Part shown: positions 8,316 to 19,134 of the stretch, piece by piece
Layout of the letters: each line of letters opens with the position of its first letter
Position numbering within the stretch: the stretch's first letter is position 1
Virus record (IMG/VR): IMGVR_UViG_3300005804_000102
Location: 1-33,004 of that record
DNA length: 33,004 bases
Origin: a virus
Taxonomy: Duplodnaviria; Caudoviricetes
Direction: 5' to 3' (one strand)
Made by a program: the position numbers and the translations under genes
The notes under the pieces: generated by a model
Told to the model about the DNA's origin: nothing
The model's database searches: none
The model's input: only the letters and a program-made list of their open reading frames with translations

Positions 8316-8757
8316 TAGCCGTGAGTTCCGCATCAAGCGGGACAACTGCAAAGAAGCCTATCTGAATGGCAAGACCGATCCGCTGGAACTGGCGATGATC
8401 TTCGGAGTTTCCGATATTACCGTTCGCAAGTGGATCAAGTCCGGCAAGTGGGACGAGCTCTTCAAAGAAGAGAACCAACTCGACCACGAGATCGCCATAG
8501 CCCGCAAGAAGGCGCTCATTCAAGCGCTCCGGGAATATGCCAAGAATCCTGCCGATACAGCCATCCAGAGCCTGGTAAGCATGATGAAGCAGGATCAGAA
8601 GGATCGGCAGCCATCCAAGGAGTTGAACGATTACATCGTACGCTTCCTGGATCAGGTTACCGATTTCATGATCGAGAAAGGGCATGAGACCTTGCTTAAG
8701 CAGTTCCAAAGTATTCTGCACGATCTGGCAGAATACCTGAGAGTGAGAAATGGTTAA
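8308..8757 (+). CDS. Probable terminase small subunit (N-terminal HTH)
   Basis: LAMIFGVSDITVRKWIKSGKWD HTH pattern typical of TerS; upstream of the large terminase. Confidence 0.7.
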   Translation: MSNSREFRIKRDNCKEAYLNGKTDPLELAMIFGVSDITVRKWIKSGKWDELFKEENQLDHEIAIARKKALIQALREYAKNPADTAIQSLVSMMKQDQKDRQPSKELNDYIVRFLDQVTDFMIEKGHETLLKQFQSILHDLAEYLRVRNG

Positions 8758-8908
8758 CCTTCCTGCATCCTACATAAGGCCTCCCAAGCCAAAGCCTACA
8801 GACCCTACCTACCCTCCAAGCCAACAGCCCGACATGGTCAGTCCTCCGACCTCCGGGTCCCCGACGTCCGTCCCCCTGGGCGTCGGGGGGTTACCCGGTT
8901 ATGCCTAA
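8750..8908 (+). CDS. Putative 52-aa proline-rich ORF bridging terS and terL
   Basis: Manual translation MVNLPASYIRPPKPKPTDPTYPPSQQPDMVSPPTSGSPTSVPLGVGGLPGYA*. Overlaps the terS stop and the terL start by 8 nt each. Confidence 0.4.
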   Translation: MVNLPASYIRPPKPKPTDPTYPPSQQPDMVSPPTSGSPTSVPLGVGGLPGYA

Positions 8909-10454
8909 GAAGTTCATCCAGCGGCATAACAAAGCACTGGCGGAGATCGCATCCAAAACGATCTCCGTCTTGCCTTTTATAGACGATAATCCTGAAGCCA
9001 AGACTGAGCGGATAAGACGCACCACAGCAGAGGGATGGGATGCCTTCTCGTTCTTCTGCCATACCTATTTCCCGCACATCTTCCCACTACCTTTTTGCCC
9101 AGCACATGAGACTATGTTCGATGAGACTGACAAGGGCTCAGGCATCATCGCCATTACCGGGTTTCGTGGGCTGGGCAAAACGGTACTCATGGGAGTAGTC
9201 TATCCCATCTGGAAGATCATCAAAGGTGAACGCTTTGTGATCCATACTGCAGCAGACGTAGATCTGGCACAGGAACGTACTGCTTTCACCTTGCATGAAC
9301 TGCAGAACAATAAGCGGCTCACAATGGACTATCCGGAGCTGCAGCCTGTGGACAGCTTTGATCTCGACTTCTATCTCAAGAATAAAGCCCGGATCAGAGC
9401 CAGAAGCACCAAGCAGAGTCATCGTGGTACTATCAATCCCAAGACTGCCAAGCGGCCCGGACTGATCGTCTGTGATGATATCGACAAAGAAGAGAACATG
9501 GGTAACCAGTCCATCGGCAAGAGACGCATGGAGAAGATCTCCCAGGAGCTTGCCGGAGCGCTCTCTCCGGAGGGAAATGGCAAGATCGTCTGGCTCGGTA
9601 ACCTGGTACATCCCAACTATGCTATCTGCCAGTTTCATGAGCTCATATTAGGCGAAATGTTGGCAGATAATCCCGATCTGGACACAAGATACCAATCGAT
9701 CCTGAAAACGCACCAGAAAGCGATTTTGCGCTTCTCTCTCGAAGATATGCATGGCAAGTCCACCTGGGAGGCTCAATACCCTACTGCCACTCTGCCAAAC
9801 CTGCGAGCCAAGTTCGGGCAAACAGGGTATCAAAGAGAGATGCTGGGTCAGCCGGTAATTGAAGGTAACATCTTCAAGAACCACTGGTTCACCAAGTATA
9901 GAACCCTGCCAGAGCCATCCCAGATGAAGCGGGTCTGGCTATATGCCGATCCTGCTTGGGGAGAGAAGGGCTGTTACAAGGCTGTCATCTCCATAGGCTA
10001 TGATGGTAACCGCTTCTATGTTATCCACGTCTGGATACGTCAGACTGAGAACACCAAGTTCTTTAGATACTACTATGATGCCTATCAGGAGTTGGACAGA
10101 ATCTACAGAGTAAAAACCAGAGCAGCATGCGAAACCACCTACGGACAGGCACGTATCCTTGCTGACTTCGACAGGTGGGCTACGGATAACCATATCCCAC
10201 CCATGAGCCATAGAATCAAGCGCATCGATAACAAGGATAACAAGAACCTGCGTATAGAAAGAACCGAGACCATCATCGAGACCGCCATGGTGCTCTTTCC
10301 GGAGGGACAGGATACACCAACCCTGATCTCCCAGTTCCTCACCTATCCTGATGGCTATATCGATGGCTGTGATGCTCTGGCAGGATGTCTGGAACGCTTC
10401 TCTGAATACGATATCGGCAGGAATAGAGTCAAGGTAAGGAGATTCAGTTTCTGA
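8901..10454 (+). CDS. Terminase large subunit
   Basis: Walker A-like FRGLGKT, Walker B LIVCDDID, GNLVH motif, nuclease domain YADPAW...DGCDALA. Confidence 0.9.
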   Translation: MPKKFIQRHNKALAEIASKTISVLPFIDDNPEAKTERIRRTTAEGWDAFSFFCHTYFPHIFPLPFCPAHETMFDETDKGSGIIAITGFRGLGKTVLMGVVYPIWKIIKGERFVIHTAADVDLAQERTAFTLHELQNNKRLTMDYPELQPVDSFDLDFYLKNKARIRARSTKQSHRGTINPKTAKRPGLIVCDDIDKEENMGNQSIGKRRMEKISQELAGALSPEGNGKIVWLGNLVHPNYAICQFHELILGEMLADNPDLDTRYQSILKTHQKAILRFSLEDMHGKSTWEAQYPTATLPNLRAKFGQTGYQREMLGQPVIEGNIFKNHWFTKYRTLPEPSQMKRVWLYADPAWGEKGCYKAVISIGYDGNRFYVIHVWIRQTENTKFFRYYYDAYQELDRIYRVKTRAACETTYGQARILADFDRWATDNHIPPMSHRIKRIDNKDNKNLRIERTETIIETAMVLFPEGQDTPTLISQFLTYPDGYIDGCDALAGCLERFSEYDIGRNRVKVRRFSF

Positions 10455-11335
10455 TGAACTATTACGATAATCTGATGCTGGAATATTACCGGGTACTAAA
10501 CAATGCCTGGAAGACCGAGATACGAGATGCCTCCCGGCTTGCCATCCAAATGCTGAGTGATATGCCAAGAGCAGAGAAGATCAACAAGGACTCCATAGAT
10601 AAGCTTATGGGCATCATCAATACCCAGTTGGGAGTTGACTTCGCAGCCATGGTCAATGAGCCCACCAAAGCGATAATAGACCGCTGTGTGCGGCTCGGAT
10701 TGAAAGATGTCCAAGTGCAAGCACCCACTAAGACCAGTATAGGGCTCTGGGGCATTGAAGATCAGCATCTCTCCTCCACCATCCAAAAGCAACAGTTGTT
10801 CTGGATCGGGAATCACTTTGAAGCTGATGTACGCCAGAACTTTGCTGATACCCTCTCCAAAGCTATTGAACAGGGATATACGAAAGAGATGCTGGCTGAT
10901 ACCCTCAAACAACAGTTTGGTGATATCGCAGATAAGTCATCCCATTATTGGCAGGGACTGGCAGAGCATACCGCTCTGAGAATACGGGAGTTCGGAAGGC
11001 TGCAAGGTTATAAGAAAGCCAAAGCAAGATACTACAAGCTCGTGGTGATCTTGGATGATCGCACCAGTGACATCTGCCGGGCTCTGGCTGCCCAAGATAG
11101 GGTCTATCCACTAAACGATGCAATCGAAGTAATGGATAGTCTCATGGCTCTGGATACCAAGTCTAATAGCCTGGACGATGCACGGGAATACATCAAAGCC
11201 CTTGCACCTTGGATCAAAGAGGATCAGATCGAATATGACTCAGAGATGAATCCAATATGTGTATCCGGAGCGCATACACCGTTCCCTCCATTTCATTGGA
11301 AGTGCAGGACGACAACGCTTATCTGGACTGAGTAG
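10454..11335 (+). CDS. Minor head morphogenesis protein (Mu gpF / SPP1 gp7 family)
   Basis: LDDRTSDICR and C-terminal PPFHWKCRT motifs. Confidence 0.88.
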   Translation: MNYYDNLMLEYYRVLNNAWKTEIRDASRLAIQMLSDMPRAEKINKDSIDKLMGIINTQLGVDFAAMVNEPTKAIIDRCVRLGLKDVQVQAPTKTSIGLWGIEDQHLSSTIQKQQLFWIGNHFEADVRQNFADTLSKAIEQGYTKEMLADTLKQQFGDIADKSSHYWQGLAEHTALRIREFGRLQGYKKAKARYYKLVVILDDRTSDICRALAAQDRVYPLNDAIEVMDSLMALDTKSNSLDDAREYIKALAPWIKEDQIEYDSEMNPICVSGAHTPFPPFHWKCRTTTLIWTE

Positions 11336-11496
11336 AGCTTGATATCACGTTTCCCACCTGATATACAGGCCTGAACTGTCTGTTTCAACTTATCAGTATC
11401 CCGATCAAGATCTTCTCAAACAAAAAGTGGTTGACCGAATATCCCCTCTATTTGACCTTGCTATTATAGAAATATTACAAAGATTGGGGTTGCGAG

Positions 11497-14400
11497 TTGT
11501 TGAAAGCTATTCTGGTTACATACCTAAACGATCTACAAAAGATCATCAACCGGGGAGACGCCCGGGAAGAGTCCTTTTATCATTGTCTGAAGGACATGAT
11601 CGAGGCCTATGCCAAGCTGAGTAAGATCAGCAAATGCGAAGTGGGTATCTTGCCCAAGACAACCGAAGCCGGAAACCCGGACTTCCGTGTCTGGGATGGC
11701 AAAGCCCACATCACAGGCTATATCGAAGCCAAGAAACCGGAGACTTACAACCTTGATCCCATTGCAGTAAGCGAACAGCTCAAGCGCTACCTAACTACCT
11801 TTCCCAATCTCATTCTCACCAACTTCTATGAGTTCCGGCTTTATCAGCATGGGATGTTTGTAGATAGTGTCACAATCGCCAGTCCGATCAATGCCACCCA
11901 GATGCACATCACTCCTCCAGCTTCGCATGTTGATGAGCTTGCCGCCTTGCTTACCCGCTATTTCAGCTTTTCACTTCCTGCCATTACCGATCCCAAGAGC
12001 CTGGCTAATGCACTGGCAAAACGTACCCGCTTCCTACGGGACGAGATCATCACCATTGAACTGGCAGAGGAGGAGATGCAAGGTAGGAAGGTATTACTGA
12101 ACTTCTATGAATCATTCAAAAAGCTGCTGATCAACAACCTCACCATAGCGCAATTTGCCGATCTCTATGCCCAAACCCTCACCTATGGCATCTTTGCAGC
12201 CCGCACTCGCAGTGAGGGTGAATTCAACCGAGAACTCATCTATAAATACATCCCCGGCACTCTGGGCATCCTGAAGAGCATCTTTAGGTTTATCTCCCTG
12301 GAAGAGCCTCCCCAGGCTTTGGCTGTTTTGATCGATGACATAGCGGATATACTCTTCAATACTGATATCCAAATGATCCTGCACCGCTTTTACAGCGAGG
12401 GCAAGGGCAAAGACCCCATCGTGCACTTCTATGAGACTTTCTTAAGCGAATACGACCCTAAGCTGAGAGAAAAGCGTGGTGTATATTATACCCCTGAGCC
12501 TGTGGTGCGCTATATCGTCCGCAGTATCAACAGTCTTCTCAAAAGCCACTTTGCCAAAGCGGATGGCCTTGCCTCAGATGATGTTACGATACTTGATCCG
12601 GCTGCCGGAACCCTCACCTTCCCCGCGGAAGCTATCAGAGTGGCTATTGAAGAGCACACTGCTAAATACGGCAACGGCAGTATTCATAACCTGATCAAAC
12701 ACCACATCCTACCTCACTTCTACGCCATTGAACTGATGATGGCACCCTACACCGTAGGACACCTCAAGATCAGCTATCTCTTGGCGGAACATGGCTATGA
12801 ACTGGGCGAAGATGAACGCTTCAAGCTCTATCTATCTAATACATTGGAGCCGGACATTCCTCTGCAAACAGAAATGCCCATCACACATGACATCAGTGAT
12901 GAATGTGCTCTGGCAAACAAGGTAAAACACCAGGACCCGATTTTGGTGATCATGGGCAATCCACCCTATAGCGGAGCTAGTGAAAATAGCAACGCCTGGA
13001 CAGAGAAGCTACTGAAAACCGATCTGGATGGAGCGCAAAGCTATTATACGGTAGATGGCAAGCCCTTGGGTGAAAAGAACCCTAAGTGGTTGCAAGACGA
13101 TTATGTGAAGTTCCTACGCTTTGCCCAATGGAAGATACACAAGGCGGGTAAAGGCATTGTGGGCATGATCACCAATCACGGCTATCTGGATAATCCCACC
13201 TTCAGAGGTATGCGCCAAAGCCTGATGCATACCTTTGATGAAATCTATGTGCTAGATCTGCATGGCAATACCAAGAAGAAAGAGACCAGCCTTGATGGTA
13301 GCAAGGACGAGAACGTCTTTGATATCCAGCAGGGAACCGCCATTGTCTTGATGGTGAAGGGTATAGACCCAAAAGAGAAAAGGGTGCGCCACAATGAGCT
13401 ATATGGCCCGCGCCAGTTCAAGTATGACTGGCTGGATAACAATCCGTTCCAAGCCAACACCTATCAGGAACTAAGCCCCGGTTCTCCATTCTATCTCTTC
13501 CGCCCTGAAGCTACCGGAAACGAGCATTATCTCAAGTGGACAAGCCTGCCGGAGATCTTCCCGATCAATAGTGTGGGCATAGTCACAGCCAGAGACGGAC
13601 TCACGATCCAGGATACTCCAAACAAGGTTCGCAAAACTATTCACCATTTCGCATCACTGGACACGGAAACCGCAAGAGTAGCCTATCAGCTTGGTAATGA
13701 TGCCCGGGACTGGAAAGTAGGTTACGCTCAAAAAGATTTGAAAGACAGCGGACTGAACGATGAGAACATCAAACCTATTCTCTACCGTCCATTTGATACA
13801 CGATATACATACTACACTGGAAAAAGCAGAGGATTCCACTGTATGCCCCGCAACGAGGTCATGAGGCATATGCTGGAGGAGAATGTGGGGATGGTAACTG
13901 TAAGGCAGGTTAAGACCTCTGATACATGGCAGCATGTTCTGCTCTCAAGCACGATATCTGAAAGCTGCTACATCTCGAACAGAACCAGTGAGATATCCTA
14001 TGTATTCCCCCTTTATATCTACCCAAACGAGCACAAAGAAGACATCTTTGCCACCACTGGTCGCCAATACAATATCGTTCCAGAGCTTCTGGATATATTC
14101 AGAAAGCAATGGCCTCAGTTCCAGCCGGAGCAGCTCTTCTATTACGTCTATGCGATCCTGCACAGCAATCAATACCGCCAACGTTTTGCGCAATATCTCA
14201 GGATGGATTTCCCCCGCATACCTTTCACAGAGGATTATGAGCTCTTCAGTAAATTGGCGGAAATGGGCAAAGAGCTTGCCGACATCCATTTACTTAAAAC
14301 TCCACGGTTAAGCCCTCCCTTAGCACGGTACCAGGGTAGCGGTTCCAATGACATTGTTGAGTTTATCCAATACGATGAGGACAAGAGTATCGTGCAGATC

Positions 14401-14604
14401 AATGATGATAAGCACTTTGAGGGCATCACCCCAGAGTTGTGGAACTATCACATTGGCGGTTATCAAGTGCTGCATAAATACCTCAAAGACCGCAAGGGCA
14501 AGAGCCTATCCGATTCCATTCATTACTGCCGGATGGTTACTGCTTTAGCACTAACAATCGACACACAGGCTCGGATAGATCAAATCATTGGAAGCATTAT
14601 CTAA
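11497..14604 (+). CDS. Single-chain restriction-modification enzyme (N6-adenine MTase; Type IIG / helicase-less Type ISP-like)
   Basis: N-terminal PD-(D/E)xK (GNPDF...YIEAK), GVYYTP, motif I LDPAAGT, motif IV GNPPY, and ISP-like C-terminal specificity region (YRPFD, DFPRIP, IGGYQVL). TTG start uncertain. Confidence 0.88.
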   Translation: MLKAILVTYLNDLQKIINRGDAREESFYHCLKDMIEAYAKLSKISKCEVGILPKTTEAGNPDFRVWDGKAHITGYIEAKKPETYNLDPIAVSEQLKRYLTTFPNLILTNFYEFRLYQHGMFVDSVTIASPINATQMHITPPASHVDELAALLTRYFSFSLPAITDPKSLANALAKRTRFLRDEIITIELAEEEMQGRKVLLNFYESFKKLLINNLTIAQFADLYAQTLTYGIFAARTRSEGEFNRELIYKYIPGTLGILKSIFRFISLEEPPQALAVLIDDIADILFNTDIQMILHRFYSEGKGKDPIVHFYETFLSEYDPKLREKRGVYYTPEPVVRYIVRSINSLLKSHFAKADGLASDDVTILDPAAGTLTFPAEAIRVAIEEHTAKYGNGSIHNLIKHHILPHFYAIELMMAPYTVGHLKISYLLAEHGYELGEDERFKLYLSNTLEPDIPLQTEMPITHDISDECALANKVKHQDPILVIMGNPPYSGASENSNAWTEKLLKTDLDGAQSYYTVDGKPLGEKNPKWLQDDYVKFLRFAQWKIHKAGKGIVGMITNHGYLDNPTFRGMRQSLMHTFDEIYVLDLHGNTKKKETSLDGSKDENVFDIQQGTAIVLMVKGIDPKEKRVRHNELYGPRQFKYDWLDNNPFQANTYQELSPGSPFYLFRPEATGNEHYLKWTSLPEIFPINSVGIVTARDGLTIQDTPNKVRKTIHHFASLDTETARVAYQLGNDARDWKVGYAQKDLKDSGLNDENIKPILYRPFDTRYTYYTGKSRGFHCMPRNEVMRHMLEENVGMVTVRQVKTSDTWQHVLLSSTISESCYISNRTSEISYVFPLYIYPNEHKEDIFATTGRQYNIVPELLDIFRKQWPQFQPEQLFYYVYAILHSNQYRQRFAQYLRMDFPRIPFTEDYELFSKLAEMGKELADIHLLKTPRLSPPLARYQGSGSNDIVEFIQYDEDKSIVQINDDKHFEGITPELWNYHIGGYQVLHKYLKDRKGKSLSDSIHYCRMVTALALTIDTQARIDQIIGSII

Positions 14605-14607
14605 TAG

Positions 14608-14634
14608 AAAAGCCCGGGTTGCCCCGGGCTTTTT
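14608..14634. terminator. Bidirectional intrinsic terminator
   Basis: AAAAGCCCGGG-TTGC-CCCGGGCTTTTT between convergent genes. Confidence 0.9.
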
Positions 14635-14651
14635 CAATTGGTCGTTAGTTA

Positions 14652-17600
14652 CTATTTCATAAGCATTGCTTTACGAATTGAGGTTTTGCCTCCCGATTCT
14701 AGTTTAATGAAATAGATGCCTGAGGCAACGTTACGGTTGTTAGTGTCTCTGCCATCCCAAACCAGCCTATGATTTCCACGGGTCATTTCAGTATTAAGCA
14801 AGTCCTTTACTTTCTGCCCTTTAATATTATAGACAGATACACGGACTCGCCCGGTCTCTGGGATACTGAATGCTATCGTGGTGGAGGGATTGAACGGGTT
14901 GGGGTAATTACTTTGGATTTGAGGCGTTGGCGCTATTACGGAATTAGTTTCTGGATCATTCTGACGTAAAGCGCGATTGTACTTATCCCAATTGCTGCTA
15001 TGCATCACATCAAATACCTGGATATCTGGATACTGATATTGGGCATATTTAGTCGTTAAGGGACGCTTATCTTCTTCCATTGCCGCCAGTTGAAGCACTA
15101 TCTCCAAATCCAAAACCGCTCTTAGTGAATCGATTTCGCTAATCGGGTTGTCGATGCGTAGTTGAATGAGATCAACTGCAGCCTGGAAGTCCTTGTTGAG
15201 TACGAACACTTTTGCCAGATAATCCTTGAGGATAGCACTGAGAGTTGGATCATCAATAGCATATTGAAGAGCCTTCGTATCGAAATAGTCAGTCAGTTCC
15301 CAAGCAGGATTCGGAATCATCTTTGTGCAGCGATACAAGCCGTCGATTGCGCTGGTTACGTATGTTTGCTCTTCCTCCAATTGATCATCTATGATAGCTT
15401 GATAAGTAGCGCACGCCAATTCGTACAACTCCTGAGACTCGTATCCGAGAGCAATGAAAAGCCTATCATTTTCCGGAGGTGGAGCAGGCATGGTTGGTGA
15501 TGGATCATATAAATCGACATACACATAGTCATCATAGGCTGGATTGTTAACAGTTACTTGGTCGTCTTGGAACCAGTTTTTGCTGGCATTGATTTTGAAA
15601 TCTGGTGTAATAGGGAAGTTGTAATAATTAGTGTCAAAGCTGAAATCTATGGCACTAATACTCGTTGAACTATCCGTTAAATGGTAGAAGTCATTGTGTC
15701 CCGTGAAGAGCTGAATCGTAGACTCATAGGGCATTGTATCGTAGAACACGATATTGTCATTATGGTTCATCAAGACGTTATTCGCATCGTAACTGAGGTT
15801 CAGATTAGAACCTGCGTGATTGACAATGCCTGAGTTATTGCGATTGAAGTAGTTTGCCTTCAACCGATGATTAGAGCTTCTACTCTCCACTCCCATTTCA
15901 CAATTGTAGAAGTTTGATTCGGTTACACTGGACTCAATGCCGATTCCACTGATGAGTGCAAACTCGGTGAGAATTCCTCGATATAGGTTTGTGAAGTTGC
16001 TTGTAGAGATAGTTGGTGAAGAGGCAACAAGTTGAATTCCTGTACCTTGTTTACCTGTCTGAGTGTTTGCGAAGCTACACTGTTGGATATCTGTGCCATT
16101 TTCATTGTTACAAAGGCGGATGCCTGTATCACAATTAACAAAGTTACATTCCGAAACAGAGTCTGTTGCGTAAGGAATTGCAGATTTGAATATCCCATAG
16201 TTAAGATTCTGGAAATCAACATTGCTGAAATAGGCTGGATTTCTCATGGTATAGAGGTATATACCCTTGGATGTTAGATTCGATGTTCCGTAAAACCCAC
16301 GTCCGGGTTCAGTGTTGATAATTTCAGTCTGATATCCTGTTATGCTATTCTTGAGCAACAATCCCCATGAATTCGCTGGAATATTGAAGCTGCTATTGGA
16401 GATTAGAAGGTTAGAATTAATCACTTGATGATATTCGGCATTTGAGATAGTTGCGTCAGTAATAGTGACTACATTTGAATTAGTTACTCTTAGCCCCTTC
16501 CATCTTGTAGCACTTGAGGACCTATCCAATGAGCTAGAATCAATTGATAGTGAGCCTCCATTGACTTCGATAAATGATCCTTGACCCCAAGTACAGATCG
16601 CATCGTCAAAGCTAATCTGACCACCCTCTTCAACTATAAATGACACATTGTCGGCAATTGTTAGCTCGCCGGAGACGTTTAATGTTGCGCCACTATTGAC
16701 ATGTATAGTTGTGTATGGGAAAATGGTTGTTCTTGTGCCTGCCTGTATCGTTACGCTAGCACCAGTACCGATGGTTATCGATCCCGACAAGTATGCAACA
16801 TTCTTAACAACTGAATTGCTGGTCACTGTCGGGGGCAAGCTTGAACACATTTGAAGAAGTCGTCCATCACCAGGCCCCATTTCTACGCTGATCACTCCTG
16901 CTTCTGTTTGGAAAACTGAGTTATCATATGCGTCATAAAGAGCAACATGAGTTCCGAAGATATTATGGCTGGAATTGTCCGGCTCAAAGCAAACGGTTTG
17001 AGATGAAGCATCTCTGAAAAAATAATCAACATATCTAACCGGTGTACCATTTGCTGGGACATCGTTTCCAGTCCTTTTATAAACAGCCCTTCGGTTTACA
17101 AGCATGAAATAAGGGAGCCCTTGGTTATCATTATAATATCCACATTGAACAAACCCTGTATAACCTGTATTATCTTCCTCTGCTTCAACCACTAGATTAT
17201 CGAGAAGGACGCTATTTAAGCTGATCTGATCAGCGCTGTTTAATGCAGGCGTGGGTTCAACACCGGTTGTCATGAGTTTATTAGTGTTAAGCCAGTTCAA
17301 TTGTCTGATTGTCGGACCATAAAGAGCAAGTTTACTGTTAGCTTCAGCTATCATATTGTATGCTGAAACATTGTCAGTAATTCTCAAATTGTCATACTGA
17401 TCCATAAAATCCCCTGCAGCTTCATCCTGAGATAATGGAGTTACCCAATACCCTTTTTCCTTTGCATCTAGCTTTACTGGATTTGAAGCAACACAGAAAT
17501 CTACCATACCATCAGCTGCGTAGCATAGAGGTAAATACTTTAGTACCTTTAACATACTTAATGGAGGCATATTATATGACCAGTTATCTGAGTTCTGGAG

Positions 17601-19124
17601 AGCAATGCCAAATGTTTGTGGGATATAGAATATTTCGGTGTCTGGATTATTCGATTGTTGCACATTCTTTAATAAGCTGTAATAATAGTAGTGTATCATT
17701 CTATCGATTCTCGTCTGCACTGTTTGGTTGCTACCATTCCAAACTATATTCCCCTGTAAAGGAAACACATCAACCATAATTCTATCAGGGGTTGCTTCAT
17801 ATAAAAATCGTTTGGGGAAATGGTATTTGAATCCATTCGGATCGTAAACATCATAGTCCCAAAGATTGGTTGCAGTAATAATTTTGGGATGTTGTGGTAG
17901 AGAATTCAAATGATTCTTGAGATTCTTGTATACTTGTAGTTGACCAGCTCTTGGTTCATCCATGCTCATCTGATAGAGTAGATTGTTGTGGGTATCATAA
18001 CCCGCCAAAGAATTAATCTGAGAGTCGATCTGGGTAATGTAAGGAGAATTGGGATCTTGTCTTACGGATCTATTGAACTCGTCCTCAATCGCTATGTAAT
18101 CAATTATGAGTTTACCGTTTCCGTGCCAAAAGATTTCCGGATTAATATGGTAGAATTCACGTGTAGAAGAATTCGAAGAGCCCTTCATATACGCTGTAAG
18201 GGCAGATAAATCTACGAAGTACTCAAAGATATAGTTGCCATAGGAATCCTGCATTTCAGAGGGATATGTTTGTGCTACAATACTAGTACCATAAAGTGAG
18301 TTTACTGGTGTTAGTGTTACATTTACATAATCCAATGGATCAGTGAGTCCATATTCTGAATATGTATCAGGGTTGGGTGGGTCGTATAGCTTCAAGCTGA
18401 TATCAGCAACTGGCATGCTATTGGGTATGTTTTCGAAACTCAAAGCCACGGTTAGATATAGCTTATTGTCATTGATAGCCCTAGTTAGGAACACTATATC
18501 CTTACTTAACAAGCTCGGCCATGACACCCAAGAGGGTTTCCATCTTTTTCTTGGATTAGAGATAGCTTTCCCTGCCAAATGTCCTTGAGATGAATCACAA
18601 ACCCATGCATTATCGTTTGAAAATTCATAATCTCCTATACTATATACTCGGCTTCCAACATCATGTTTTGTGACAATATCGTAGGACTCCATGCACAAAG
18701 TTTGATTATCAGTGGACAGATCATCAACAACGAAGATAGTATTTCCGTTTACTACTTCAGTCTTAAGCTGATATTCGGCTTCAATTTGTAGTCTATTCCC
18801 AAAGGTTGTACTGCCAACCCCCAACCTGCCTTCACCGGGGGACCAGGTATTGTCGTGAAGCATACTCTTGATGTCTGATTCATGAAGCTTTTGAAGAATC
18901 GTCGATAAACGATTTTCGGATCCAGAGGTTAAGCTGTAAATCGTGGCATTGTAACCAGCATTGTTCAGATACACACCAAGTGAATCGAAGTTTGCAGCAT
19001 AGTTATCACCAGCATATCTTATCTGATACTGAGAATATGCTCCTATAAGAAATTCATTGGCATCCACTGCCCACACACTTACACCCAATAAAAAACACAT
19101 ACAAAGGGTATAGTACTTTTTCAT
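14652..19124 (-). CDS. Large secreted protein with beta-helix repeats and a T9SS/FlgD-Ig-type C-terminal sorting domain
   Basis: Signal peptide MKKYYTLCMCFLLGVSVWA after AAGGAG (ATG 19124). Repeated F.NC..GI beta-helix turns. Tail NYPNPFNPSTTIAF...YNIKGQ...WDG...SGIYF...K. Confidence 0.88.
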   Translation of the reverse strand: MKKYYTLCMCFLLGVSVWAVDANEFLIGAYSQYQIRYAGDNYAANFDSLGVYLNNAGYNATIYSLTSGSENRLSTILQKLHESDIKSMLHDNTWSPGEGRLGVGSTTFGNRLQIEAEYQLKTEVVNGNTIFVVDDLSTDNQTLCMESYDIVTKHDVGSRVYSIGDYEFSNDNAWVCDSSQGHLAGKAISNPRKRWKPSWVSWPSLLSKDIVFLTRAINDNKLYLTVALSFENIPNSMPVADISLKLYDPPNPDTYSEYGLTDPLDYVNVTLTPVNSLYGTSIVAQTYPSEMQDSYGNYIFEYFVDLSALTAYMKGSSNSSTREFYHINPEIFWHGNGKLIIDYIAIEDEFNRSVRQDPNSPYITQIDSQINSLAGYDTHNNLLYQMSMDEPRAGQLQVYKNLKNHLNSLPQHPKIITATNLWDYDVYDPNGFKYHFPKRFLYEATPDRIMVDVFPLQGNIVWNGSNQTVQTRIDRMIHYYYYSLLKNVQQSNNPDTEIFYIPQTFGIALQNSDNWSYNMPPLSMLKVLKYLPLCYAADGMVDFCVASNPVKLDAKEKGYWVTPLSQDEAAGDFMDQYDNLRITDNVSAYNMIAEANSKLALYGPTIRQLNWLNTNKLMTTGVEPTPALNSADQISLNSVLLDNLVVEAEEDNTGYTGFVQCGYYNDNQGLPYFMLVNRRAVYKRTGNDVPANGTPVRYVDYFFRDASSQTVCFEPDNSSHNIFGTHVALYDAYDNSVFQTEAGVISVEMGPGDGRLLQMCSSLPPTVTSNSVVKNVAYLSGSITIGTGASVTIQAGTRTTIFPYTTIHVNSGATLNVSGELTIADNVSFIVEEGGQISFDDAICTWGQGSFIEVNGGSLSIDSSSLDRSSSATRWKGLRVTNSNVVTITDATISNAEYHQVINSNLLISNSSFNIPANSWGLLLKNSITGYQTEIINTEPGRGFYGTSNLTSKGIYLYTMRNPAYFSNVDFQNLNYGIFKSAIPYATDSVSECNFVNCDTGIRLCNNENGTDIQQCSFANTQTGKQGTGIQLVASSPTISTSNFTNLYRGILTEFALISGIGIESSVTESNFYNCEMGVESRSSNHRLKANYFNRNNSGIVNHAGSNLNLSYDANNVLMNHNDNIVFYDTMPYESTIQLFTGHNDFYHLTDSSTSISAIDFSFDTNYYNFPITPDFKINASKNWFQDDQVTVNNPAYDDYVYVDLYDPSPTMPAPPPENDRLFIALGYESQELYELACATYQAIIDDQLEEEQTYVTSAIDGLYRCTKMIPNPAWELTDYFDTKALQYAIDDPTLSAILKDYLAKVFVLNKDFQAAVDLIQLRIDNPISEIDSLRAVLDLEIVLQLAAMEEDKRPLTTKYAQYQYPDIQVFDVMHSSNWDKYNRALRQNDPETNSVIAPTPQIQSNYPNPFNPSTTIAFSIPETGRVRVSVYNIKGQKVKDLLNTEMTRGNHRLVWDGRDTNNRNVASGIYFIKLESGGKTSIRKAMLMK

Positions 19125-19134
19125 GATGATCTCC

